A stretch of 62,971 bases of DNA, counting the filler, from Octopus bimaculoides (lineage: Eukaryota), in NCBI RefSeq assembly GCF_001194135.2. It is 6 parts of 6 records of this genome, joined end to end, with 100 filler letters (N's around TTAATTAATTAA, not from the genome) between each part and the next. Parts side by side here need not be neighbours in the genome. Positions count along the whole stretch, not along the records: positions 1 to 11,155 come from NC_069008.1; positions 11,256 to 38,663 come from NW_026343793.1; 4 more parts are not named here. One strand, given 5' to 3'. Below the pieces are notes generated by a model, which worked only from the letters and a program-made list of their open reading frames with translations, was not told the origin of the DNA and ran no database searches. Position 1 is the first letter of the stretch; every line of letters starts with the position of its first letter. Position numbers and translations under genes: made by a program. Below are positions 1 through 12,389 of this stretch, piece after piece.

Positions 1-45
<45 letters not shown>

Positions 46-167
46 AAGAAAGAGAGAGATACACACATACATACATGAAATAGAAATGTATATGCTTGTA
101 TAGGTATGTATGTATGAATGTGTGTATGTATGAATGTGTGGGTGTGTGTGTGTTCTGTGTGTGTATG

Positions 168-209
<42 letters not shown>

Positions 210-477
210 CGCGCGTGTGTGTGCTTTAATAATAAAGTTGGAAAGCCAACACAAAACCTGCTACTCAGAGTTTCACGTTCAATTTCGTCGGACAGTTTCG
301 GTTTCGAATCTAAACGAACGGGAACGTGAAACGCTGTGTAACGATGTTTGTGATGTCTTGGCAGCTTTATTCATGAAGTATATATACACACACACACAGA
401 ACACGCTCTCTGTCTCTCTGTCTCTCTGTCTCTGTCTCTCTGTCTCTGTCTCTCTGTCTGTCTCTCTCTCTATATAT

Positions 478-521
<44 letters not shown>

Positions 522-598
522 ACAGGTAGGTAAGTAGATATAGATATAGATATATATCCAGCCTGGCTGCAATTAAATGACTAAAACAGATAAAAGAG

Positions 599-980
<382 letters not shown>

Positions 981-1035
981 TATTTAAATTATATACATAT
1001 GAACTTTATATACATTTATATATTCATATATGTAT

Positions 1036-1068
<33 letters not shown>

Positions 1069-1641
1069 CATATATATGCATATATATATGTATGTATGTA
1101 TATGTATGTATATCTGTATGTATATATATATATGTATTCTTTAATTCTTTTATATATATATATATACATGAATACGTACATCCATACATTTATACATGTA
1201 TGAATACATATATGTATGCGTGCATACGTTTACCTATATGCTGTATATACACACATTCAAAGGGGTAAAATATTCGATGCCAATATATTTTTGCATAAAT
1301 TTGCATAAATTATAAAATTATTTCTCGTAGCTCTTCGTCATTGTGTATTCATTACAAACTATATATTACAGTCCTATATTCTCTCTATATATACACTCTT
1401 TCTCCCTAACGCTTATACACTTTCTAGCATATATACTCTCTGTCGTATATACAGTCCCTCTCACATGAGCATTCATTGATTTATACGCAAATATCACCAC
1501 ACACGGTCTCTCATCTATTCTACCCCAGGCTACGTCTATCTTACAACTTCAACCAATCCTCACATATGTATGTGTGCATGAATGTATGTATATATATATG
1601 TATATATATATATATATATATGTGTGTATATATATATATAT

Positions 1642-1688
<47 letters not shown>

Positions 1689-2524
1689 NNNNNNNNNNNN
1701 NNNNNNNNNNNNNNNNNNNNNNNNNNNNNNNNNNNNNNNNNNNNNNNNNNNNNNNNNNNNNNNNNNNNNNNNNNNNNNNNNNNNNNNNNNNNNNNNNNNN
1801 NNNNNNNNNNNNNNNNNNNNNNNNNNNNNNNNNNNNNNNNNNNNNNNNNNNNNNNNNNNNNNNNNNNNNNNNNNNNNNNNNNNNNNNNNNNNNNNNNNNN
1901 NNNNNNNNNNNNNNNNNNNNNNNNNNNNNNNNNNNNNNNNNNNNNNNNNNNNNNNNNNNNNNNNNNNNNNNNNNNNNNNNNNNNNNNNNNNNNNNNNNNN
2001 NNNNNNNNNNNNNNNNNNNNNNNNNNNNNNNNNNNNNNNNNNNNNNNNNNNNNNNNNNNNNNNNNNNNNNNNNNNNNNNNNNNNNNNNNNNNNNNNNNNN
2101 NNNNNNNNNNNNNNNNNNNNNNNNNNNNNNNNNNNNNNNNNNNNNNNNNNNNNNNNNNNNNNNNNNNNNNNNNNNNNNNNNNNNNNNNNNNNNNNNNNNN
2201 NNNNNNNNNNNNNNNNNNNNNNNNNNNNNNNNNNNNNNNNNNNNNNNNNNNNNNNNNNNNNNNNNNNNNNNNNNNNNNNNNNNNNNNNNNNNNNNNNNNN
2301 NNNNNNNNNNNNNNNNNNNNNNNNNNNNNNNNNNNNNNNNNNNNNNNNNNNNNNNNNNNNNNNNNNNNNNNNNNNNNNNNNNNNNNNNNNNNNNNNNNNN
2401 NNNNNNNNNNNNNNNNNNNNNNNNNNNNNNNNNNNNNNNNNNNNNNNNNNNNNNNNNNNNNNNNNNNNNNNNNNNNNNNNNNNNNNNNNNNNNNNNNNNN
2501 NNNNNNNNNNNNNNNNNNNNNNNN

Positions 2525-2563
<39 letters not shown>

Positions 2564-2941
2564 TTGTATGGATGTGTATGTGTATAAATAATGTGTGCAT
2601 GCATCATACGCATTTACATTCACGTGAATGTGTGAGTGCGTAAATATATACCTACATACATACATACATTCATGCATGCATATAATATATACACACACAC
2701 AAAAATCGCACACGCACGCGCACATACTGGTACACAAACGCGCACATGATCCATACATCTCCACGTTGATGTGTATGTATGTATGTTTGCATGCATTTAT
2801 GTATGTATGTTTGTATGTGTATATGTATGAATGAACGGTCGTATGTTTGTGAAAAAGAAATGCTTATATACACTTGTATACACGCTTCTATATATACTTC
2901 TATATACACACAGCTGTGTGTGTCTATAATGTGAGACTTAC

Positions 2942-3114
2942 CTGAGGTGTGGAGGCAGGTGAGAAGTGGGTAGATAACCTTGAGGGTAGCCCTTGGTTAC
3001 TTGTGATTAGTGGTTCGCAGTGCGCGGCCGGTTTGAAGTGCGACTGATGCGCAGGGGGAGTGGCTGTCACTCGAACCAGCGACCAACCGACCAATGGGGA
3101 AACTCCATCACATG
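2942..3114 (-). other. Candidate exon (non-coding first exon or S/P-rich internal exon) of an unidentified minus-strand gene
   Basis: Unique GC/CpG-rich island amid microsatellites, with perfect donor CTCAG|GTAAGT (exon ends 2942) and possible acceptor ttcctttcag (ends 3115). One frame is open (..VSPLVGWSLVRVTATPPAHQSHFKPAAH..HFSPASTPQ). It also carries CCAAT (3091-3095), TGCGCA (3048-3053) and Inr-like TCAGTC (3047-3042). Confidence 0.45.
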
Positions 3115-3454
3115 CTGAAAGGAACTCCGACTGCTGCCTGCAGCTAGGGGACACACAGACATGCTGGCAGACAGGCAAACAGCTTGGTTGAAGCGGACAG
3201 ACACACAGACATACACACACACACATACACACACACACACACTTATACACAGACACACACTTACACACACACTCACACATATACACACACAGTTCTCACT
3301 CTCTCTCTCTCTCTCTCTCTCCTTCTCTCTCTATCTATATCTATATATAGGTAGATAGATAGATAGATAGATATAGACGTACGTGCATTTGCGCGCTCAA
3401 GCATACAAACTCACATACATCGGCACACATGTCCACACATATACATATACATAT

Positions 3455-3497
<43 letters not shown>

Positions 3498-3572
3498 TAT
3501 ATACATGTATATATATACATTCATACACACACACACACACACGCATATATATACATATCTACATACATACAT

Positions 3573-3671
<99 letters not shown>

Positions 3672-3925
3672 CATACACACACATACATACACACAGGTGT
3701 ATAAAAATGCATAAGTTCAAATTGTTGTACAATTATACAGTAATATGCATTCGTTTCAGCCTCTCATAAGGTCGTGTATATACAAACACAAACAGAATGT
3801 ACATCTATATACGTATACATGCATATGCGTATATATGTATTTAATATATATACATACTTGCGTATATATTACATATGTACGTCTGCATACATGTGTATAT
3901 GTGTGTGTATATTTGAGTTTGTGTA

Positions 3926-3971
<46 letters not shown>

Positions 3972-4325
3972 TTGTATATTCTCCCATATNNNNNNNNNNA
4001 TATATATATATATATATATATATTTTTTGTATATTCTCCCATATATATATATATATATATATATGCATATAAGTATATATTTTACACATTTATGCTTTTT
4101 TTTATTCATGCATGTGTGTGTGTGTGTGTTTGTGTTTGCATGTATGTATGTGTATGTATATATTTATCAATGCGTTTATATGTCGTCCTTGTATATGTAT
4201 CTGTACATAAATATATGAATATATGTATTTATACATATATATACTTACATATGTGTGTGCATATACATACATATATATATACATACATATATGTATACAT
4301 ATATAGAGCGATTTACATATATATT

Positions 4326-4367
<42 letters not shown>

Positions 4368-5178
4368 CACATACACACACACAGAGTAGACTACTACAAC
4401 ACTACAAATACCCCACGCACCTTAATTCCTGTTTACGCAAAATAACCGCCATTAAATCCCTTCCTCTCTCTTTCTCCTTCCCACTTTCCTTCGCCTCCTC
4501 CCCCTCCGCCTCCTGTTTCTACTCCTCCCGTTCACTGTAAATCGGTGGTTGTGAAGGGGAGGGAGTCGATGGTGGTGGGAGAAGAAATAATGAAAGAGTG
4601 GGAGGTGGAGATAGAAATCACACACATCCATACATGTAGATACATACACACACACACACACATATATAGACATACATACGCACGTATATACATGCATACA
4701 TGGATATAGATAAAAAAATACATACACACAAACACATGAATTCATACCTATATATGTACATATATATACATACACACATGTTCGCATAAAGACATACATA
4801 GAAGCATACGTATATACATACACGCATACATTTTCATAAATACATACATACATGCATATGTATGATTGTACACATACACACATAAATACAGAGATTCTTA
4901 ATCATATAGATACATACACATACATACACACGCACACATGCACACATACACGCATACATACATACATATGTACATGCATACATACATGCAGAGACACAGA
5001 CGCCAACATGCAGGGAAAGCCTTGTTGATTATAGGACTGTTGGGTCATGACTGACCTGGGGTTAAACAACAGAAGGAAGAGCAAAACTGAATCATGTGTG
5101 TGGGGTGGTTGTCTTTCTCGAATGAATCCGTGTGTCTGCTTATAGCCCCGCATCCGAACACGTAGATTAGATAGACAA

Positions 5179-5234
<56 letters not shown>

Positions 5235-5579
5235 GAGATGAATGGACAATGGCTGTACACCCATGCTACATATGTTTCCATAGCAAAGCATTTTATTCAT
5301 AATCCGCACATTACGGTTAAAAACACCATCTCGTATGACTAAAATATACTTCTACAGTTCTACGGTTCGATTCCATGTGCAGTCCATTTTTGTTATGTTA
5401 TCAGTTTGCCTGAAGGACGAACTGTATTCTTGTATAAAGATGACTTATTTATTTGTTTGTTTATTCATTTATTTATTTATTTGTTTATTTGTTTATTAGC
5501 GTTCCTGCAGTATACCGCCGGCCATTCGCATGCTGGAAGCTAATGTGCGAAAAACCTCGATCGACGTGATTCAAAACAA

Positions 5580-5616
<37 letters not shown>

Positions 5617-5640
5617 GCATACATATATATACATACATAT

Positions 5641-5685
<45 letters not shown>

Positions 5686-6404
5686 CGTATCTATTAAGCA
5701 ATTATGTATTTATGTATATATGNNNNNNNNNNNNNNNNNNNNNNNNNNNNNNNNNNNNNNNNNNNNNNNNNNNNNNNNNNNNNNNNNNNNNNNNNNNNNN
5801 NNNNNNNNNNNNNNNNNNNNNNNNNNNNNNNNNNNNNNNNNNNNNNNNNNNNNNNNNNNNNNNNNNNNNNNNNNNNNNNNNNNNNNNNNNNNNNNNNNNN
5901 NNNNNNNNNNNNNNNNNNNNNNNNNNNNNNNNNNNNNNNNNNNNNNNNNNNNNNNNNNNNNNNNNNNNNNNNNNNNNNNNNNNNNNNNNNNNNNNNNNNN
6001 NNNNNNNNNNNNNNNNNNNNNNNNNNNNNNNNNNNNNNNNNNNNNNNNNNNNNNNNNNNNNNNNNNNNNNNNNNNNNNNNNNNNNNNNNNNNNNNNNNNN
6101 NNNNNNNNNNNNNNNNNNNNNNNNNNNNNNNNNNNNNNNNNNNNNNNNNNNNNNNNNNNNNNNNNNNNNNNNNNNNNNNNNNNNNNNNNNNNNNNNNNNN
6201 NNNNNNNNNNNNNNNNNNNNNNNNNNNNNNNNNNNNNNNNNNNNNNNNNNNNNNNNNNNNNNNNNNNNNNNNNNNNNNNNNNNNNNNNNNNNNNNNNNNN
6301 NNNNNNNNNNNNNNNNNNNNNNNNNNNNNNNNNNNNNNNNNNNNNNNNNNNNNNNNNNNNNNNNNNNNNNNNNNNNNNNNNNNNNNNNNNNNNNNNNNNN
6401 NNNN

Positions 6405-6452
<48 letters not shown>

Positions 6453-6885
6453 GGTGGTGGTGGTGTTAATAATGATGATGTTGAGGACGTGGAGGAGAGA
6501 AGGGGTAGGAGGGGAGGGGGAGGAAGAGGATGGCGCTTGTGATAGTGGCAACGTGTGTGAGTGTGTGTATGTGTGTATGTGTGTAGATGTGTTGTTACAA
6601 TACCACGGCCGCATGGAATTGTGGGTATGCGAAACATAAACGTGGAATTATGGGTATGATATAAAAAGACGGTAGAATCCCACATTTGTAATACAGCGAC
6701 GCGAATAAGTCTTCAGTTCATTGTGATTGTCCTTACAATTACCAGACAAAATCTCCCTCTCTAGTTACTCACATTGGAGTGGTGTAGAGATTTAAAGCCA
6801 AAAGGGAAAGAAATGGACATGTTCCTGCCTTACTGGAACTCCTCAATAAAATTCTATTCTCAACGTTGCGAATACGCAGACATGA

Positions 6886-7040
6886 TCAGGATATAGGCTC
6901 TGTGATTAGAAGTTCGCTTCCCAACCACTTGGTTCCAGGTTCGGTTCCATTACGGGGCACCTTGGGCAAGTGTCTTCTACTACAGCCCCGGGCAGAACAA
7001 CGCCTTGTGAGTGGATTCGGTAGACGGAAACTAATAGAGG
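6886..7040 (+). mobile_element. tRNA-derived SINE family A, 5' part
   Basis: Box-B-like ggttcggttcc followed by the family core ggcaccttgggcaagtgtcttctact...gccttgtgagtggatt(t/c)ggtagacggaaact, shared with many copies in the window. Confidence 0.8.
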
Positions 7041-7156
7041 TCCTTCAAACCAGTACAGTGTCCATAGCAACAAGACAATATTCGGCGGCGAAGGAAACGC
7101 CTTTTAACCAGCTCCAGCTAACTCCAAGAAACACACGACGGCGACTACTGTGTGTG

Positions 7157-7209
<53 letters not shown>

Positions 7210-7886
7210 NNNNNNNNNNNNNNNNNNNNNNNNNNNNNNNNNNNNNNNNNNNNNNNNNNNNNNNNNNNNNNNNNNNNNNNNNNNNNNNNNNNNNNNNNNN
7301 NNNNNNNNNNNNNNNNNNNNNNNNNNNNNNNNNNNNNNNNNNNNNNNNNNNNNNNNNNNNNNNNNNNNNNNNNNNNNNNNNNNNNNNNNNNNNNNNNNNN
7401 NNNNNNNNNNNNNNNNNNNNNNNNNNNNNNNNNNNNNNNNNNNNNNNNNNNNNNNNNNNNNNNNNNNNNNNNNNNNNNNNNNNNNNNNNNNNNNNNNNNN
7501 NNNNNNNNNNNNNNNNNNNNNNNNNNNNNNNNNNNNNNNNNNNNNNNNNNNNNNNNNNNNNNNNNNNNNNNNNNNNNNNNNNNNNNNNNNNNNNNNNNNN
7601 NNNNNNNNNNNNNNNNNNNNNNNNNNNNNNNNNNNNNNNNNNNNNNNNNNNNNNNNNNNNNNNNNNNNNNNNNNNNNNNNNNNNNNNNNNNNNNNNNNNN
7701 NNNNNNNNNNNNNNNNNNNNNNNNNNNNNNNNNNNNNNNNNNNNNNNNNNNNNNNNNNNNNNNNNNNNNNNNNNNNNNNNNNNNNNNNNNNNNNNNNNNN
7801 NNNNNNNNNNNNNNNNNNNNNNNNNNNNNNNNNNNNNNNNNNNNNNNNNNNNTATATATATATATATGTATGTATGTATATATATA

Positions 7887-8106
7887 CAGTATTCCCTCGC
7901 CATATTGTGGTTCATTTATCGCGGTTTATTATTAAGACTTGCGTTAATTCCTCCGTGGTGTTGTTTTGCATTCATAATAACATAAATACAAATTATAAAA
8001 ATAATGAAAAAAATACACAGTACATTACTGTTTCCATTTCATGGATTGTCACATTTGGCGGTGGGGGTCATGGAACTTAACACCCGCGATTGTCGAATGA
8101 TTAATG
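7887..8106. mobile_element. pogo/Tigger-type MITE
   Basis: TA-flanked, begins CAGTattccctcgc and ends ccgcgattgtcgaatgattaatg. A second copy lies at 16774-16974. Confidence 0.7.
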
Positions 8107-9026
8107 TATATATATGTGTGTGTGCATGTATGCACACTACACTTTGATCGTAGACAAATATCTGTGTACATGTATACATGTATATAATCACATATATGTG
8201 TCTATATATGTATACCCACACACACGCACACACACACGCACACACACACGCACACACACAAACACACACACACACACACACACACAGCACACAAGTTCGT
8301 CTTGCCACACACAGGAGACCTGAAAGTACTAGAAACAGCAGCCACATCCTCACGATTCACACAAACGACCTTGAAAAAAAGAAGTGAAAGTAATAGGCGA
8401 TGGTCACATCTGGAACGCTTTTGCTACAGGCTTGTTGGATGAAGCTTGACCTTGCGCTAAACAACAACAACAGCAACAACAACAACTATTACTAACAATT
8501 ATATTAATTCTGGAGACGCACAAATGTAAATATGGACGTCGGAAGGAAAGAANNNNNNNNNNNNNNNNNNNNNNNNNNNNNNNNNNNNNNNNNNNNNNNN
8601 NNNNNNNNNNNNNNNNNNNNNNNNNNNNNNNNNNNNNNNNNNNNNNNNNNNNGAAATCGTAAAACATTTGTCATGATAACAGTTTATGGCGTCACAGGGT
8701 GGAGGGGTGGAGGGAGAGTAGCGCAATTGTAAGGTATGGGGGTGTAGAAGGTGGCGGGGGTGGTGTTAATAGATGAAATCGGAACATCTATGGAAGGAAT
8801 ACTTGGGGACGTGTGTATCCCCTACATATTTGCTCTCGTTGGGGAGAGCAAATCGCTTCGAGACAGTGGAGTCCAACGATCTGCCGCCGACGTTCAGGGC
8901 CTGCTCTGGCATTTTTTAACGTAAAGTCGCTTTGAGAAGTTTTTTCTGAGACAAAATCTGTATATTTTATAAAGGTTATACACTTCGGTATTTTAATCTA
9001 ATACTGTTCGTATATTGAAAGCCAAG

Positions 9027-9101
<75 letters not shown>

Positions 9102-9535
9102 GTCTGTCTGTCTGTCCGTCTGTGCATCTATCTATGTATCAATCTTTCTATTTAAATATCTAAAGTATATATTTATATAATGTATGTATGCACATGTTCG
9201 TGTATGTATGTATGTATGTATGTATGTATGTATGTATGCGTGTGTATGTATGTATGTGTGTGTGTGTGTGGGTATGTAAATGTATATATATATATATAGG
9301 GAGAGATAAATACAGATAAATAAATAGATCTGTTGTATGTACAAATGAGAGAAAAAGCATTTAATTTTTCCGGAACATTTTCAGCGCGCGCACGCGCGCT
9401 TCTTGTACATGTTTATGCATGTATGAATGAACGTGTGTATATCTGTGTACGTGCATATTGTGCGTGTGAGTGTATGTATGTGTGTGTGTGTATACACACA
9501 TTCACACATAGATGCATACGTGCGTATATACACAC

Positions 9536-9567
<32 letters not shown>

Positions 9568-9659
9568 TTGTACATCTCTAGGTCCATAAAACCGAGTATA
9601 GAATGACAAAGTAGGCTGTGCATGTAGAAACAACAACCATCTGTTTCTCTGACAGGAGG

Positions 9660-9677
9660 GGGGGAGAGATAAGAGAG

Positions 9678-9728
<51 letters not shown>

Positions 9729-9860
9729 AAGAAAGAAGGAAAGAGAGAAAAATAAAGAATGAGAGAAAGAAAAAGAAAGAAAAAGGAAGGAAGGAAAGAA
9801 AGAAAAAAGAAAGAAAGAAGGAAGGAAGGAAGATGGAAGAAAGGAAAAAAAGAAAGAAAG
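9660..9860. repeat. (GA)n/(AAAG)n/(AAGG)n purine tract
   Basis: Directly visible. It is the source of the FLSF/RKKE pseudo-ORFs. Confidence 0.95.
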
Positions 9861-9972
9861 AATGTATGTGTCGGGCAGAGTGTAGTCGAGCGCCAGCCAA
9901 GATTGAATTCTCGCCCTCGACACAACACCCACAACCACAGCGACACCAGTCAATATTGAAACCGTACCTTCT

Positions 9973-10023
<51 letters not shown>

Positions 10024-10044
10024 GTGTGTGTGTGTGTGTGTGTC

Positions 10045-10258
10045 TTTGTCAGTGTTTGTGCCGTACCACCGCTTGACAACCAACGTTGGCGTGTTTATGA
10101 CTCTATAACTGAGCAGTTCGGCAAAAGACGCCGATAGAACAAGTACCAAACTTTTAAAAAAAACGAGTCCTGGGGTCGATTCATTCCACTAAAATGTCTT
10201 CAAGGCGGTGCCCCAGCATGGCCGCTGTCTAATGAATGAAACAAGTAAAGGATAAAAA
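10045..10258 (+). mobile_element. SINE family A, 3' half
   Basis: Contains ttgacaacc..ggtgtgttta..cggcaaaaga.accgatagaa..aaggcggtgccccagcatggccgc..gaaacaagtaaa. Confidence 0.8.
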
Positions 10259-10344
10259 TGGCCTCAGAGATGGGATCCCTGGTGAGAATCCCTTAAGCCA
10301 CTTTTTAGTCAAGTTTTGGGGTCTCAAGGAGGACGTTTTTCACT

Positions 10345-10805
10345 GAGATGAATTCAGGTTTATTAGTTCGTCCGTCGTTGTCGACGATGACCAAAGATAA
10401 CACATGGGAGAAGAAGACGAGGCCCACTGTCTCCGGCTGTGTCCACTCAATCCGATGCATGTTCGGAATACTCGACGGCAGGTCGGGCATGAGTGGTCTG
10501 CTAGGACTGAAGAAAAGGAGTAGGCCCTGGACTTGCGCAGTTCGCGTTTCCTTTGTGTCCCTGCAATCCTGTTCTGTTCGTAGAAAGTGGTGTCTCTGTT
10601 GGCGCATCTTCAGCAGGTCTTCCGCTTGCGTTTCCCAGGTGTCCGGCTTGACCTCAAAGCTCTCTTCACTGTGGTGTTGAGTGTGTCTTTGAAGCGCTTT
10701 TTCTGTCCACCCTGGCGTGCGTTTCCCTTCCGCTGTTCCCTGTAAAACAGTCCCTTGAGGAGTCACGTGTCAGGTATTCGTACAAGTCCACCTGACTTGC
10801 GCTCT
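10345..10805 (-). mobile_element. 5'-truncated RTE (BovB/RTE-1-like) LINE 3' end, decayed
   Basis: The minus strand with frameshifts gives AQVRW..VRIPDT*LLKGLFY...QGGQKKRFKDTL...DTWETQAED...RIGLSGHSRRH, then a 3' end gtcatcgtcgacaacgacggacgaac. These match typical RTE post-RT C-terminal motifs (QLRWAGHVVRMPD.RLPK.LFY, GGQKKRFKD). Confidence 0.8.
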
Positions 10806-11100
10806 CCTCAGATAATGGTGGCTTATCTGGGTTTCCCTTGAAGAAATTCTCCAAATATCATTTGAAGTTGATGGGGCCTTTTTTCTTCTTTGATTTGTTT
10901 TGGGATAATGTTAAATACAGCTGGACCTTTTGGGGAAAAGTCATTGAGCTGGGGTGCGTGTTTGTTGTGAAAGCTTGAATTTATGCAGGGGTGAGGATAT
11001 GGTAAGAGGCCCCGGCCATTGACGATCTCTGAATTTGAAGTTCAGGTTGTCGGGGCCATGCTGAAAATAGCTGTGTGTATACCATACAATAATAAATAGA
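10806..11100 (-). mobile_element. CR1/L2-group LINE C-terminal fragment (host of the nested RTE)
   Basis: The minus strand reads FSPKGPAVFNIIPKQIKEEK/GPINFK*YLENFFKGNPDKPP, matching the CR1-type GP.LFN.LP....FK..LD.FL..IPD.P tail. It resumes after the RTE at about 10345-10265. Confidence 0.55.
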
Positions 11101-11711
11101 AATATTTTTGTTTAAGGGACAAAGGAAGGGTTCACTCCCAACCCTTAATATCTTANNNNNNNNNNNNNNNNNNNNNNNNNNNNNNNNNNNNNNNNNNNNT
11201 TAATTAATTAANNNNNNNNNNNNNNNNNNNNNNNNNNNNNNNNNNNNNNNNNNNNTACATGTGTATATATATATATGTGTGTGTGGTTGGGTTTTGTAAG
11301 TTGTAGGTGTATATAATGTATAACAATAACAAATATAGGTGTATATTATATATCTATGTAGATTATATTGTAAATTTATGTATCCTGTTTATATACATAA
11401 TATGTGTGTATTAAATATGTATTATAAAAGTATATATACATTATATATAGTGCATAGTCAGTACTTTATATATCCATATGTACATATATATATTATTGTG
11501 TGTATATATTGTGTTGTATATATATGAGTGTATAGTTTGTGCATATGGTGTATCAATTCATATTGTATATATAGAGGGTATATTATGTACAAATATGCAT
11601 GGTTGTATATATAGATGTAGAAATACATATCTTATATATCCATATATGGTGTATATAATGTGTGTGTGTGTTGTATAATGCTGTAGCGTACAAGGGTATA
11701 GATTTAACGAG

Positions 11712-11757
<46 letters not shown>

Positions 11758-11997
11758 NNNNNNNNNNNNNNNNNNNNTATATATATAATTTGTAGCGTTT
11801 AGCTGTATTATTTCATGCGTGTTCGATTACGTTTGTGATCGATTTTTTTTTATCCCTCTGGGATGGGTGGTGTACAAATTATGCTCTGAGTTCGATATAA
11901 TCGATTAAAAACTAATCAACGTGTGGTTTTTATGTCCTATATCTGGTAATGTTAGACGGGAAATGCGTTGTGGTTGTATGCTGGACAGGTAGATGAT

Positions 11998-12376
11998 GTG
12001 GAGTGTGGCTGTGTTAGTAGGAGATTGAAGATGTGGAATGTGGTTGTGGACTGGTAGATGAGTTTAGTAAGAGAGAGAGAGAGAGAGAGAGAATGGAGTG
12101 TGGTTGTTGGCTGGCAGAATGAGTGGAGTGTGGTTGTGAACTGGTAGATGAGTCTAGTGACAGAGAGAGAGAGTGGAGTGTGGTTGCGAACTGGTAGATA
12201 TGTTTTGTGAGAGTGGAGTGTGGTTGTAAACTGGTAGATGAGTCTAGTGAGAGAGTGGGGTGTAGTTGTGAACTGGTAGATGAGTCTAGTGAGAGATAGA
12301 GTGGAGTGTGGTTGTGAACTCGTAGATGAGTCTAGTGAGAGAGAGAGAAAGTGGAGTGTGGTTGTGAACTGGTAGA
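11998..12376. repeat. Minisatellite: about 35-bp core ggagtgtggttgtgaactggtagatgagtctagtg plus variable (GA)n, about 8-9 units
   Basis: Units read directly. Period about 30-50 bp depending on (GA)n length and partial units. Confidence 0.9.
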
Positions 12377-12389
12377 TCACTGTTGTTTT

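Noticed and set aside
3958-4043. Direct repeat around a 10-N gap (also 32684-32759 and 22710-22757 versus 23775-23812)
   Set aside because: Duplicated contig ends flanking gaps; most likely assembly artefacts.
6405-6545. Poly-D/G or poly-P/S low-complexity ORF
   Set aside because: (GAT)n/(GGT)n microsatellite at a gap edge, with no convincing splice sites or homology.
11200-11211. TTAATTAATTAA centred in N-runs (also 38708-38719, 55621-55632, 57803-57814, 60709-60720)
   Set aside because: An identical 12-mer between about 44 N on each side (100 bp total) with stops in all six frames; a scaffolding placeholder, not biology.
11998-12376. CRISPR-like repeat-spacer look
   Set aside because: Eukaryotic context, spacers are (GA)n, no cas genes.
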